From Eukaryota sp. TZLM1-RC (Eukaryota; Protista; Metamonada: BaSk clade): DNA of 64,000 nucleotides. Below the pieces are notes generated by a model, which was given only the letters and a program-made list of their open reading frames with translations, searched no databases and had not been told where the DNA came from. Shown here piece after piece: positions 26,101 to 37,339 of this stretch. The translations under genes were made by a program, and so were the position numbers. The stretch covers positions 186,001 through 250,000 of the forward strand of contig JAUPSS010000010.1 of assembly GCA_040285825.1 (NCBI GenBank), read 5' to 3'. Positions within the stretch are counted from its first letter, which is position 1; each line of letters starts with the position of its first letter.

Positions 26101-26625
26101 ATTTTAATTCAAATTCTCTTTTTTGTTTTTCAGGGCACGTTCTCGAATTATGACCACTGATACCACAAATCGAACATTTTTTAGAACCTTTTAATGGCAG
26201 TGGTTTCATTTTTTCAGTTCTTTCAATTTTGTCAATTTGTGAGTTAAAAGTAGAAAGAGACTTTTGACTTTTTGCAGTTTCAGTTGGAGAAAACAAATTT
26301 CGAGAAACGGAGTTGTTAATAGAACGCGCAACAGAACGTAAGGATCGTAATTGTGGTTTTTGTGTGTTTTTTCTGCTACAATGATCAGTTTTTGAATTGA
26401 AATTTTTTTGAGATAAATTTTGAGCATAGCTTGTATTGTGGGGAGAGTGGAGGAGTGAAGGAGATGAGCTTGATCTGACTGGTAGAATCTTTACTTGGGC
26501 GTTCCAATCAGTATCAGAGTCACTATCAGCCAATGGCATCGTTTTGACACAGAAAAAATACGACTTTGACGCCGTGACAGAAAGTGAAATACGAGAGGGT
26601 TGACTAAGGGAGGGAGAAAAAATTG
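23135..26625 (-). mobile_element. Essentially full-length family A CRE-like element (~3.5 kb; ORF from ATG 26539 to stop 23170, ~1122 aa if one extra A at ~24390 is removed)
   Basis: 5' UTR ctccctcccttagtcaa... ORFs 24383-26755 and 23170-24378 are split only by an A7 run that is A6 in other copies. AATAAA and A-tail at ~23140. Confidence 0.92.
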
Positions 26626-26661
26626 CTAAATTGTAGAAAAAGATATTAAAAGTTTGACAGA

Positions 26662-29600
26662 GAAGACAGAGAAACAGCACGACTTTGACGCTATTTTGGA
26701 TATTGAGTTCTAGTTTTTTGTTTAATGTTTTGTTAGCGTTGAAAATAAATTTCAAATTCTAAAAAAAACTTTGACGCCGTGACAGAAAGTGAAATATGAG
26801 AAGGTTGACTAAGGGAGGGAGAAAACAAAAGATTTAGATTTTAAGAATGCTTTTAATTCTGTAGCACGTTCTTCCATTTTGCGTTTGCTGCGAAAGCATT
26901 TTCCTGAAGTTGAGTCTTTTTTCTATTCATTTTATGGAAAATCATCAACATTGGTCTATGAAAACTTTGACCTGCTTTCTTCTTCAGGTGTTAAACAGGG
27001 CGATCCACTTGGTCCTTTTTTTCTTTTTGTCTGGCAATTCATCCATTAATGTGCGAATTAAAAGAAAAATTCCCAGAAATAGATATTGTAGCATATATGG
27101 ATGACATTTCTGTAATTGCTCCTATTACAATTCTCAAACAAATAGCAACTTTTATTCAACAGCGTTATGAAGATATTGGTCTCTCATTGAATATCTCCAA
27201 ATGTTTGATTATTGGCCATGAACCAATTGATTTTTTTCATTAATGATGTCAATGTCCCCTTTATCAATTATGATCAGTCTGGTTTTCGTTTTTTGGGTTG
27301 TTATCTCGGAAATATTGAAGAAGTCAAAAGCCAACTTTCGACTCTGTTGACTCAATTTTTTTTATAAATTGAAATTTATTTTCGACGCTAACAAAACATT
27401 AAACAAAAAACTAGAACTCAATATCCTCAATACACGCATCAACATCATCAAATCTTTTAAGCGCGCGATTTTCATACTCTATTCCTAATTGTAACAGTGC
27501 TTTGGTCAACATTTCTGGAATTGCTTTAAGAATACTGAAAACAATTCTATTGTGCCAGAAATTGACATCTTTTGAAAAAATGTGACAGCAAGGATTTTAT
27601 TGTTCGACTTAGCACGGCTAAGAAAGAAAATCCTGCTTTTGCAAATTTTTTGATTGATTTGAAGGACAGTTCATCTGCAGTTTTGATAGATCAAATTCCC
27701 CAGATTTATGGCCTATTTTTGAATGACGACCAATGGACTACTGCTATGAGAATGCGTTGTTTTTTATGACCTTGTAATTTGCCCAATGATTTGTTTTGCA
27801 AATGTGGAGCTGGTTTGACATTATCACATTTATTTAATTGTAATAGATTTATTTCCTATCGTTCTACGTTGCATGATGCAGTCAGAGATCAAATCCATGC
27901 AATGTGTAATTCCTATCATATTGAATCTTTTGTAGAACCTTTGTTGAGGTCTCTTGATATAAATGAAAGCGTAAGAGATTCAGAATATGGAAAACGACGT
28001 GCTGATGTTGTTGTGCCCTCGTTGATGATGTCATGAATGTTGTTGATGTCGTAACAGTGGATGTTTGCAAGAAAAATGGCTTGAAAAATGCTCAATCCGA
28101 AGTATCCCCCCTTGATGACTCCGAATTGTACAAAAGGAAAAAATATGCAAATCCTTTAAAAGAATTGAAACATGTTCGCCATGTAGATTACCAAATTTGC
28201 CCATTTGCTATATCGTTGTATGGTCGTCTTGGAAAAACTGCTTTGAATTTTATTGATGATTTTGAAAATCTTGTGAAAAGAAGAATGAATAAGCGTTTTG
28301 ATCGTCGCTTGTGGCTAAATCGTATTGTTTTTACTATTTTCAAATCAATTCCTAAAATGATTTCGAAAGCTTTGATGTCTGTCAGTGCACATTACGAAGA
28401 AATTGCTGTTGTGAGGTTTGATGGTGTGGAAGCTTGTTTTTGAAGATATTGACTTTTTAGACTGTGGTTTAACAATAAATTAAAAATTAAAAAAAACGGG
28501 ATTCTTTTCTTTAGCCAAGCTAAGACGAACAGTGAAATCCAAGTTTTCAAAAACTTTTAATATCTTTTTCTGCAATTTAGCATATGCAAATTTCAAGGAA
28601 ATCAAACTCAAATAACTTTTTGATATGCTGAAATCTGTGTGCCGCCAAAATTCCTTTATTATTAAAGATTTATGTTCCTTTTTTCAAGATGTTTTGACAA
28701 TGAAAATTGTTCCACCTAAAGAATTAAGTGCATCACGGTTAGTGGCTTTAACTAAACCTAATGGAAAAGTTCGCCCAATTGCTATTGGTGAAGCCATTTA
28801 TCGCCTGATGTCTTCAGTAATTTTTAACCGAGTTTCAACAAAAAGCTAATGAATACTTTTATCCATTCCAATATGGAATCAAAACCATAGATGGAGCTTC
28901 AGTTGCGGCTTTGACATCTGATCTATTTTTCAATTGTCACGAAAATAGTTGCATTTTTAATCTTGATTTCAAAAATGCTTTCAATTCAGTGAAAAGAGAT
29001 TCAATTTGGAAAGAAATCAAATCAAATTTTCCTGAACTCGAAACCTTTTTTTATAGGTTTTATGGTAATTCATCTGATTTAATTTTTAATTCTTTTAATC
29101 TTGATTCTTTATCAGGAGTTAAACAAGGAGACCCTTTAGGTCCTTTCTTTTTTTGTCTTGCAATTCACCCAATTTTGAAAAAAATTAAAAGAAGAAAAAT
29201 TCTGACCTTCAAGTGGTAGCATACATGGATGACATTTCTTGTATTGGTCCAGAAAATACAATTAATAGGGTTGCTAATGAAGCTGCTACATTATACCAAT
29301 CCATAGGTCTTGAGTTGAATGTTCAAAAATGTTTTTGTATTTCTAGGAAAAATGTTAAGTTAATAATTAATTCCCTTGAAGTTCCATATATTGATTATAC
29401 TTCAACTAGTTTCTGCTTTCTTGGGTGCTATTTAGGTTCCGCCGAAAAGACACTTGATAGCCTTGAAAACTATTTAAATTCAATTAAAAAAAGAGCTAGA
29501 AGTCATAAAGACCCTTGAATTGGAAAAACATCTTAAGTTTTTTTCTTTTGAAAATTTGTTATGCTGGAAAAATTACTCATTTACTGAGATCATTACCTCC

Positions 29601-32600
29601 ATCCCTAACTTACAATTTTTGTAGACAATTTAACAAAATACGTACCCAATTTTTGGCTTACTTAATGTCTGTTGATCCATCAATTTTGAAAAATCATATT
29701 TTTTCTGATGTTCAACTTGGCGGTGTTGGATTCAATTCATCAAAATATTTGACCAAAGCTGCATTTATTGGTGGTGGAAAAATTTTGTATTTGAATTCTG
29801 TAGAAGATATCCTTTGCCGAAAATCTTCTTGAAAGTACAAATAGCCTATTCCTCGATAACTTAAGAGAAGAAATATCCAGTTTATCTCCCGACTTATGGC
29901 AATCATGTTTCCCCATATCCATTCAAGAAATTCCAGACAGAAGTTTATATTCATTAAAATTTGCGCTGAAAAAGCTCCAACGACATCTTTTGAAAAATTT
30001 GAAAGCAAGGATTTTATTGTTCGACTTAGCACGGCTAAGAAAGAAAATCCTGCTTTTGCAAATTTTTTTGATTGATTTGAAGGACAGTTCATCTGCAGTT
30101 TTGATAGATCAAATTCCCCAGATTTATGGCCTATTTTTGAATGACGACCAATGGACTACTGCTATGAGAATGCGTTGTTATTTATGGCCTTGTACATTGC
30201 CCAATGATTTGTTTTGCAAATGTGGAGCTGGTTTGACATTATCACATTTATTCAATTATAATAGATTTATTTCCTATCGTTCTACGTTGCATGATGCAGT
30301 CAGAGATCAAATCCATGCAATGTGTAATTCCTATCATATTGAATCTTTTGTAGAACCTTTGTTGAGGTCTCTTGATATAAATGAAAGCGTAAGAGATTCA
30401 GAATATGGAAAACGACGTGCTGATGTTGTTGTGCCCTCGTTTGATGATGTCATGAATGTTGTTGATGTCGTAACAGTGGATGTTTGCAAGAAAAATGCCT
30501 TGAGAAATGCACAATCCGAAGTATCTCCCTTGATGACTCCGAATTGTACAAACGAAAAAAATATGCAAATCCTTTAAAAGAATTGAAACATGTTCGCCAT
30601 GTAGATTACCAAATTTGCCCATTTGCTATATCGTTATATGGTCGTCTTGGAAATACTGCAATGAATTTTATTGATGATTTTGAAAATCTTGTGAAAAGAA
30701 GAATGAATAAGCGTTTTGATCGTCGCTTGTGGCTAAATCGTATTGTTTTTACTATTTTCAAATCAATTCCTAAAATGATTTCGAAAGCTTTGATGTCTGT
30801 CAGTGCACATTACGAAGAAATTGCTGTTGTGAGGTTTGATGGTGTGTAAGCTTGTTTTGAAGATATTGACTTTTAGACTGTAGTTTAATAATAAATTAAA
30901 ATTTTTCAAAAAAAAGAAATTGAAGTTCAATTCTTTTCCTGCTCTTTCTTTTATTAAACTTCTGAAACCTTCAAGAAATTTAATGCCAGATATTCCAATG
31001 TTACCGAAAAGAGAAACAGCAAATGGAACCAACTGATACTTGACATGCTCAACACGTCCTAGCTGAGATAAGGGTTCATTGTACTTTTTGATTTTGCTCT
31101 TTTCAGAATTTTATTTCAATAAAAATACAGTACATAAAATGACCCTTGTAATACTTCTAACGAAAATTTCATTAACTCAGATGTAAATAATCCTCTTCTT
31201 GCTGGCGAAAAATATAAAATTGCTAAATATGCCCATTTCCTCAGTTAATGAAAATTCTCATGCCTAATATAATTTATGTCCCTTTGTTTTTTCTTTGCTT
31301 GGATCTCTAGGTAAGGCTGCTATGGCTTTCCTGGAGGATTTTGTTGTAGTTGTAAAGTAAAGAACAGGAAGAATTTTCAATCGTGTTTACTGCCAAAACA
31401 GGATTGTATTTTCTATTTTTAAGGGATAACTGATTTCTGATTCACTCTCTTCTTTTGAGAAATTTTCTGAATCTTTAGCAATTAATGATGATTTTTATTT
31501 ATTCATTTAATAAGGAATATGAAAACATAAAATACACAACTAAAACTCCACATCCTCAAAACTCGCATCCCCTACATCAAAAACAATTAATTAGCAATTA
31601 GCAATTAATTAGCAACATCAAATTTTTTTATTTTAAAAATTTGTTATTCTGGAAAAATTCCCGCTTCAGTATCTCTTGATTTCTGTAGATCGTTCAACAA
31701 ACTTCGGGTCAATTTTTTTCTTCATTGGAAGTAAATGAATCTTTAATTCGAAGTCATGTATTTTGTTCTGCTGAATTGAGTAGATTTGGTTTCACTAAAT
31801 CTTCGATTATATGTAAAGCAGCATTTTCAATAGGTAGAAACAATTTTATTTTTGAATTTTACTAAAGGTTTCCTTATGATGTTCATCTGATCCATGGTGA
31901 ATCAAATTTTTATTTAAATCAACTTCAAATTGAATTAGAAGCCAAAAATTTGTAAGTTTTGGACTGATGCTCCGATTAATTCAACTGAAGTACAGACTGC
32001 TATCAACAAGCAGCAGGTCCATCTGGTATTTCGTTTGATGTTTTGAAATCCGCTTGTTGGAAAACTCCGCAAATTTTTTTATGTACTGTATTTTTATTGA
32101 ACTAAAGTTCTATCTAGTATTCAATATCCTCCAAACGCATCACTATTACTAAACCTAATCACAGCATTTCGTTCATATTCTACACCAAATGCTAAAAGGG
32201 CTTTAGAAATCATTGTTGGAATAGACTTGAAGATGCAAAAACAATTCTACTTAACCAGAAAGTGTAATTCATTTATTTACGAGATCTATTCAGTAAAACT
32301 TTTGGAAGTTTTCAAAAAGTGTAACCCTGAAGGTCCAATATTGCCAAATAGAGAAATTGCAAACGGCACAAACAGATATTTCACATGTTCGGCTCTACCT
32401 AATTGTGCAAATGGTTCTTCAGAAATTTGTGATGATCTTGCAGAATAATTTCAAAATCTGGTTTGTCTCAATACCATTCCTCCGACTGAATTACTAGCCG
32501 CTCGATTGATTGTCTTGGTAAAATTTGGAAATGGTAAGAAGCCAGATGGAATTCGTCCAATTGCCATTGGCGAATCAATTACTCGTCTTTTTGCTCCAAT

Positions 32601-34622
32601 TGTTTTTAATCCTGTTGCTTCGAAAATTGCAAAATTTTTAGCACCTTTTCAATTTGGAATTAAAACAATTAATGGTGCATCAGTTGCTGCCTTGACTTCT
32701 GATTGATTTTTTAATTCTAATGATCAGAATTATATTTTCAATTTAGATTTTAAAAATGCTGTTAATTCTGTACATTTTTTTAACAAGCTTCAACTTGGTA
32801 CTGAGCTTCAATTATTTTTTTGATACCTATTTTATTCAAACAAAATTGTAAAAAACTAAACAATCAATCTCCTCAAACTGCACATCTACTATTGAAAACT
32901 TACCTACAGCATTTTCTTCAAAAAATCTTTCTAGTGATAACAACGAGCTAGAAACAAGGCTATACATTCCTTTTCAAAATAGAAAATACAATTCTATTTT
33001 GCCAAAAGGTTCGGTCAAATATTTTTCCAATTCTGTTTTTGACAATAGATGAAAAATCGTCTATAAAAGATAACGCAGTTTTACCCAAGGTTCCAAATAG
33101 GGAAAAAGCAAAAGGGCAAAGAAGGTATTGAGTATGTGAGTTGGAATTCAAATTATTGATTTTTTCAGCATACTTGATAATTTTCGCTTCTTCAGCTTTT
33201 TTCTTCTTCTTCAGCTCTACGTAAAGTTGAATTATAAGATTGTGCCAGTTTTTCATTTGAGCTGTTTGATACATCAGTAGATCTGACATCAATAATGATC
33301 ATTGATTCATCAAATCCGGGAACTAGCACATGACCACGGCTGTCACCAAAAAAATTTCTGTCAGATTCATCAGCCAAAATTTGAAAGCAAAGGTTGTGAA
33401 AAAAATTCAATCTTGTAGGACTTGAACATACAATAAAGCTGATCACGACTTGCATCATGCACTTTTGATCTAAAAGTAATAAAACGATTACAATTAAATA
33501 AATGGGTTGGAGTGACAGTCTTTCCACATTTACAAATTAAACCATGAGGAAGATTATCAGGCCAAATAAAAGATCGAAGACGCATAGATAACAAAAAGCA
33601 AGGGTCATTGAGAAACAAACCATAAACTCTTGGTACTTGATTAATCAAACAAGAGGCAGAACTATCATAAACATCCATTAAAAAATTTGCAAAAGCGGGA
33701 TTTTTTTCTTGGCCATGCCAAGACGTACTTCATAATCCAAGCCTTCAATCATTACTGTCAGTTTTTGTTGACGCTTCTTCACACAATACCTTAAATTAAC
33801 TAAATTTCGTGGAGGAATCTCTTGAACTGAGTCGGGAAAGCATTGACACCAAATTTCTGATGCAATTTTATTAATAGCAACATCAAGGTCATACAAATAT
33901 TTTGAAAATGATGGATTAAGCAAATGGCTATCTTCAGGAAAACGATTCACAAATTCATAAATAAAATTTTGCCACCTCCAATAAAGGCAGCTTTACAAAG
34001 GTAGCTTGATTTATGAAAATCAACACCGCCAAAATTTGTACCACAAAGTATGTGGCTTCGTAACTGAAATGCATCAATTTCCAATAATTTTGCTAAAAAA
34101 TTGGTTCTTTGTTCATTAAAAATTCGACAAAATTCCAAAGAAATTGATGGTGATGTTGATCTCAAAATATGAGTAAATTTTCCAGAATAACAATTTTTTT
34201 AGTTTTTTGAAATTTATTTTCAACGCTAACAAAACATTAAACAAAAAACTAGAACTCAATATCCTCAATACACGCATCAACATCATCAAATCTTTTAAGC
34301 GCGCGATTTTCATATTCTATTCCTAATTGTAACAGTGCTTTGGTCAACATTTCTGGAATTGCTTTAAGAATACTAAAAACAATTCTATTGTGCCAGAAAT
34401 TGAAGTTCAATTCTTTTCCTGCTCTTTCTTTTATTAAACTTCTGAAACCTTCGAGAAATTTAATGCCAGATATTCCAATGTTACCAAAAAGAGAAACAGC
34501 AAATGGAACCAGCTGATACTTGACATGCTCAACACATCCTAGCTGAGATAAGGGTTCATTGTACTTTTTGATTTTGCTCTTTTCAGCAAAGCAAAGTGGA
34601 GTTTTCATCTTTTTTAGCAAAA
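26662..34622 (+). repeat. Copy 2 of the ~8 kb duplication, with many homopolymer-length differences
   Basis: The 740-aa ORF of copy 1 is broken into six ORFs (28625-30849) by 1-nt changes in homopolymer runs. Confidence 0.9.
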
Positions 34623-36784
34623 TCAATTGCTGAATCTTTACAAACATCAACAGTGACAACATCAACAACTTTGATCACACCATCAGACCCAGGGGTAATT
34701 AAATCAGCACGGCGTTTCCCAAAAGTATTTTCATCTTCATTTTCAGATGACAACCTTCGCACAAGTGGTTCAACAAAAGCTTCAATGTGATGACTTTTGC
34801 ACATAGCGTATAGTTGGTCTCTAACAGCATCGTGAACAACTGAGCGATATGTAATATTAAATTTGCAATTAAATAAAACGACAAATCAAATCATTTGGCA
34901 CACTACATGGCCACAGAAAACACCTCATCCTGAAGGCAGTTGTCTATTGATGATCATTTAATAATAAACCATATACATTTGGAATCTGGGAAATGAGACA
35001 ACTTGAGCTACTTTCCTTAAGAGCAATCAAAAATTTGCAAAAACGAAATTTTTTTCTTTAGCCAAGCTAAGATGTACAATATAATCCAAGTTTTCTAAAA
35101 CTTTTAATATATTTTTCTGCAATTTTGCAAAAATCAGTGGTAAGGAGAGCAAGCTTTTTGAAGGAAGTTCCACAATATCAAAAGGAAAACATTTAGACCA
35201 AATAATTGGTGAAAGAATTTCAATTTCCTGTTGCAAAGGAATAAAATAAGAGCTGCCACAGTTTTCAATGAGATCAATTTGTTCTGAAAACGAATCACAA
35301 ATTCAAAAATAAAATTTTTACTACCTCCAATAAAGGCAGCTTTACAAAGGTAGCTTCATTTATGAAAATCAAAACCACCACAAATCTGTACCACACAAAA
35401 TGTGGCCAAAAATTTTTGTTCTTAATTCGTTAAAAATTCTGTAAAATGCAAATAATATTGGTGGTGTGGTTGATACGCAGAATATGAGTAATTTTCCATA
35501 GAATGACAATCAATACCTTCATCAAAAGGCTTGAAATTAGAATTTTTACAGACATCGACTGAGATTAAATAATTGAGAATACCACCAAGTGATGATGATT
35601 TACTGAAATTTACAAGTAATAATTATCTAAGAGACTTTGACAACGCTCTTAATTGTTTGCCCCCTGTGATTTGGAATAAATGTTTTCTCGATGATGTATA
35701 GGAAACACCACCCAGAACGCTAGTAACGTTGAGCTATTGTGTAAAAAATTGCAACAAAAATTAACAATAGATTTTGAAGGTTTAGTTTTTAATGTTCCTC
35801 TTGGCTTGGCCAAAATGATAATGCCGCTTTCGCAAATTTTCTGTTACATGCCCACAACAGTTTTCCTTTGTGTTTAATTACTCAAACTCCTCAAATTTAG
35901 AGTCTTCTGTCAGATGATACAACATTTGCTTGTACGAATTTGTACGAATTTGTAGCCGTTTCGGTGTTTCATTTGGCCTGATAACGTTTGTTTCTACAAT
36001 TTAATTTATTCCAACTGAAAACTGAACAACAAATTTAAAATTCTAAATCTTTATACCCTAAATCAGCCAAAAAATCTTGGCTGGTAGTTTTTGTTTCATA
36101 AATATAGACCAAGAGATAATAAAAGAGGAGATAATTAGGTGGCAACACCTTCAAAAATTGAAAATAGAATTCTGCATTGTCAAAACATTTTGTCAAAAAT
36201 TCTCAAGGAAATATCATCCATATAAGCAATTAAGATAAAAGAAGGTTACTTTTGCTTGATGATATTTAAAGTTTTGTGAATAGCTAAACAAACAACAGAG
36301 TGCCTAAAGGATCACCTTGTTTCACACCAGAAGATGATTTTAATACAAATGAATTGAAAACTAAGTCTGAGTCTTTACCATAAAAGTGATATAAGCAAAA
36401 GTTTCAATTTTACGAATTGTGAGGAAACGTTTGTTCCCATTGGACAGTATCGTGGAAAATGATTGGATTTAACAGTGACTTCGTAAAGAAATAAAAGCAG
36501 TGGCAAACGCATTGCACATGTTGTTATGGAAGCTTTACACAAAGCGCACTTATCAATCAATACAACTTATTGGTCTTGTTTTTGCATCAAGCCAAACATA
36601 AAGCTTAAAGAGATATATCGTGTCTATTGAGTAAATAAAAGTTGCCAAAGCCCATGTATGTGCACGAAAACAGAAGTGGGAATTTTGTGGGAAAAGTGTG
36701 AAAATGGGACGAACTATTTTCTGGGATGTTGATTCATGTTTATTCATGTTTATTCGATATGTATCTTGCCCTTTTTTATCTCTC

Positions 36785-37182
36785 AGCAAAAGAGATCCAG
36801 CCATTTCATACAGAAAACCAAAAACAAGGTTGATAATTGCGATGTGATTATTTGGTTTGAGGAAGGAGGTCAAGGGCCATCGCATCAAAGAATGAGAACA
36901 CCAAGAAAGCGTTTTCTTAAGTATTTCAAGGCTCGATTTCCAACAGTAAAGGATGGCGATGAAAACTACACATCAGCCAAAGTGGACTGCTGCAAAGTGT
37001 TCCATAAGGATCTTGACTTCACAGAGGATGGAGAAAGAAAATAGTCTAAAGCCTACTTTGCATGTCCAGAATGTGGAACAATTTGGTTAAGACATATCCC
37101 TGCATCGAGAAACCAGTGGGAGATTGCAATGAGCGAGTACTTTTTGAATACAAGACAAGTAGCTTTGAGAAGACTTCAGTAA
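36785..37182 (+). pseudogene. Fanzor/TnpB-like C-terminal relic (RuvC-II, Zn ribbon, RuvC-III)
   Basis: VIIWFEEG...TPRKRFLKYF...GDENYTSAKVDCC. Reading through the TAG at 37042 gives FACPECGTIWLRHIPASRNQWEIA...R. This matches the E-x-x-T-S-x-x-C / CxxC / R-D-x-x-A-x-x-N layout, with D changed to H. Confidence 0.72.
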
Positions 37183-37339
37183 GAGTCTTCAAATACATCG
37201 TATTTTGAACTAAGCAAGTGGTTGAGTTTAGACATGTGGATGTGGTTGAAGTATTGGAAATTTGACTTGGAGAAAATCACTTACAAGTAGTTGCCATATT
37301 CAGATCAAAACATTGCCCATCGAGTAGCTGTTGTGTCAA

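Larger units (their letters stand above)
1..36390. mobile_element. Nested cluster of CRE-clade-like (restriction-like endonuclease) non-LTR retrotransposons, at least 5 families, both orientations
   Basis: Nearly every long ORF carries (D)GIRPIAVGE/KIRPIAIGE, LDFKNAFN, GVKQGDPLGP and YMDD (RT). C-terminal regions carry CxC...HLxNC, HDAVRD and R(G/A)D...D(V)...K..KY (RLE). Copies have short 3' UTRs with AATAAA, A-tails and TSDs. No host gene was seen in this span. Confidence 0.93.

Noticed and set aside
26540-26755. 72-aa N-terminal extension of ORF 24383-26755
   Set aside because: It crosses the element's 5' end into unrelated fragments; the conserved start is ATG 26539.
36736-37182. TAA/TAG reassigned to Gln, which would make this and other ORFs intact
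   Set aside because: SEC61A, RPB9, PA2G4 and the retroelement ORFs end at TAA/TAG at their expected C-termini.
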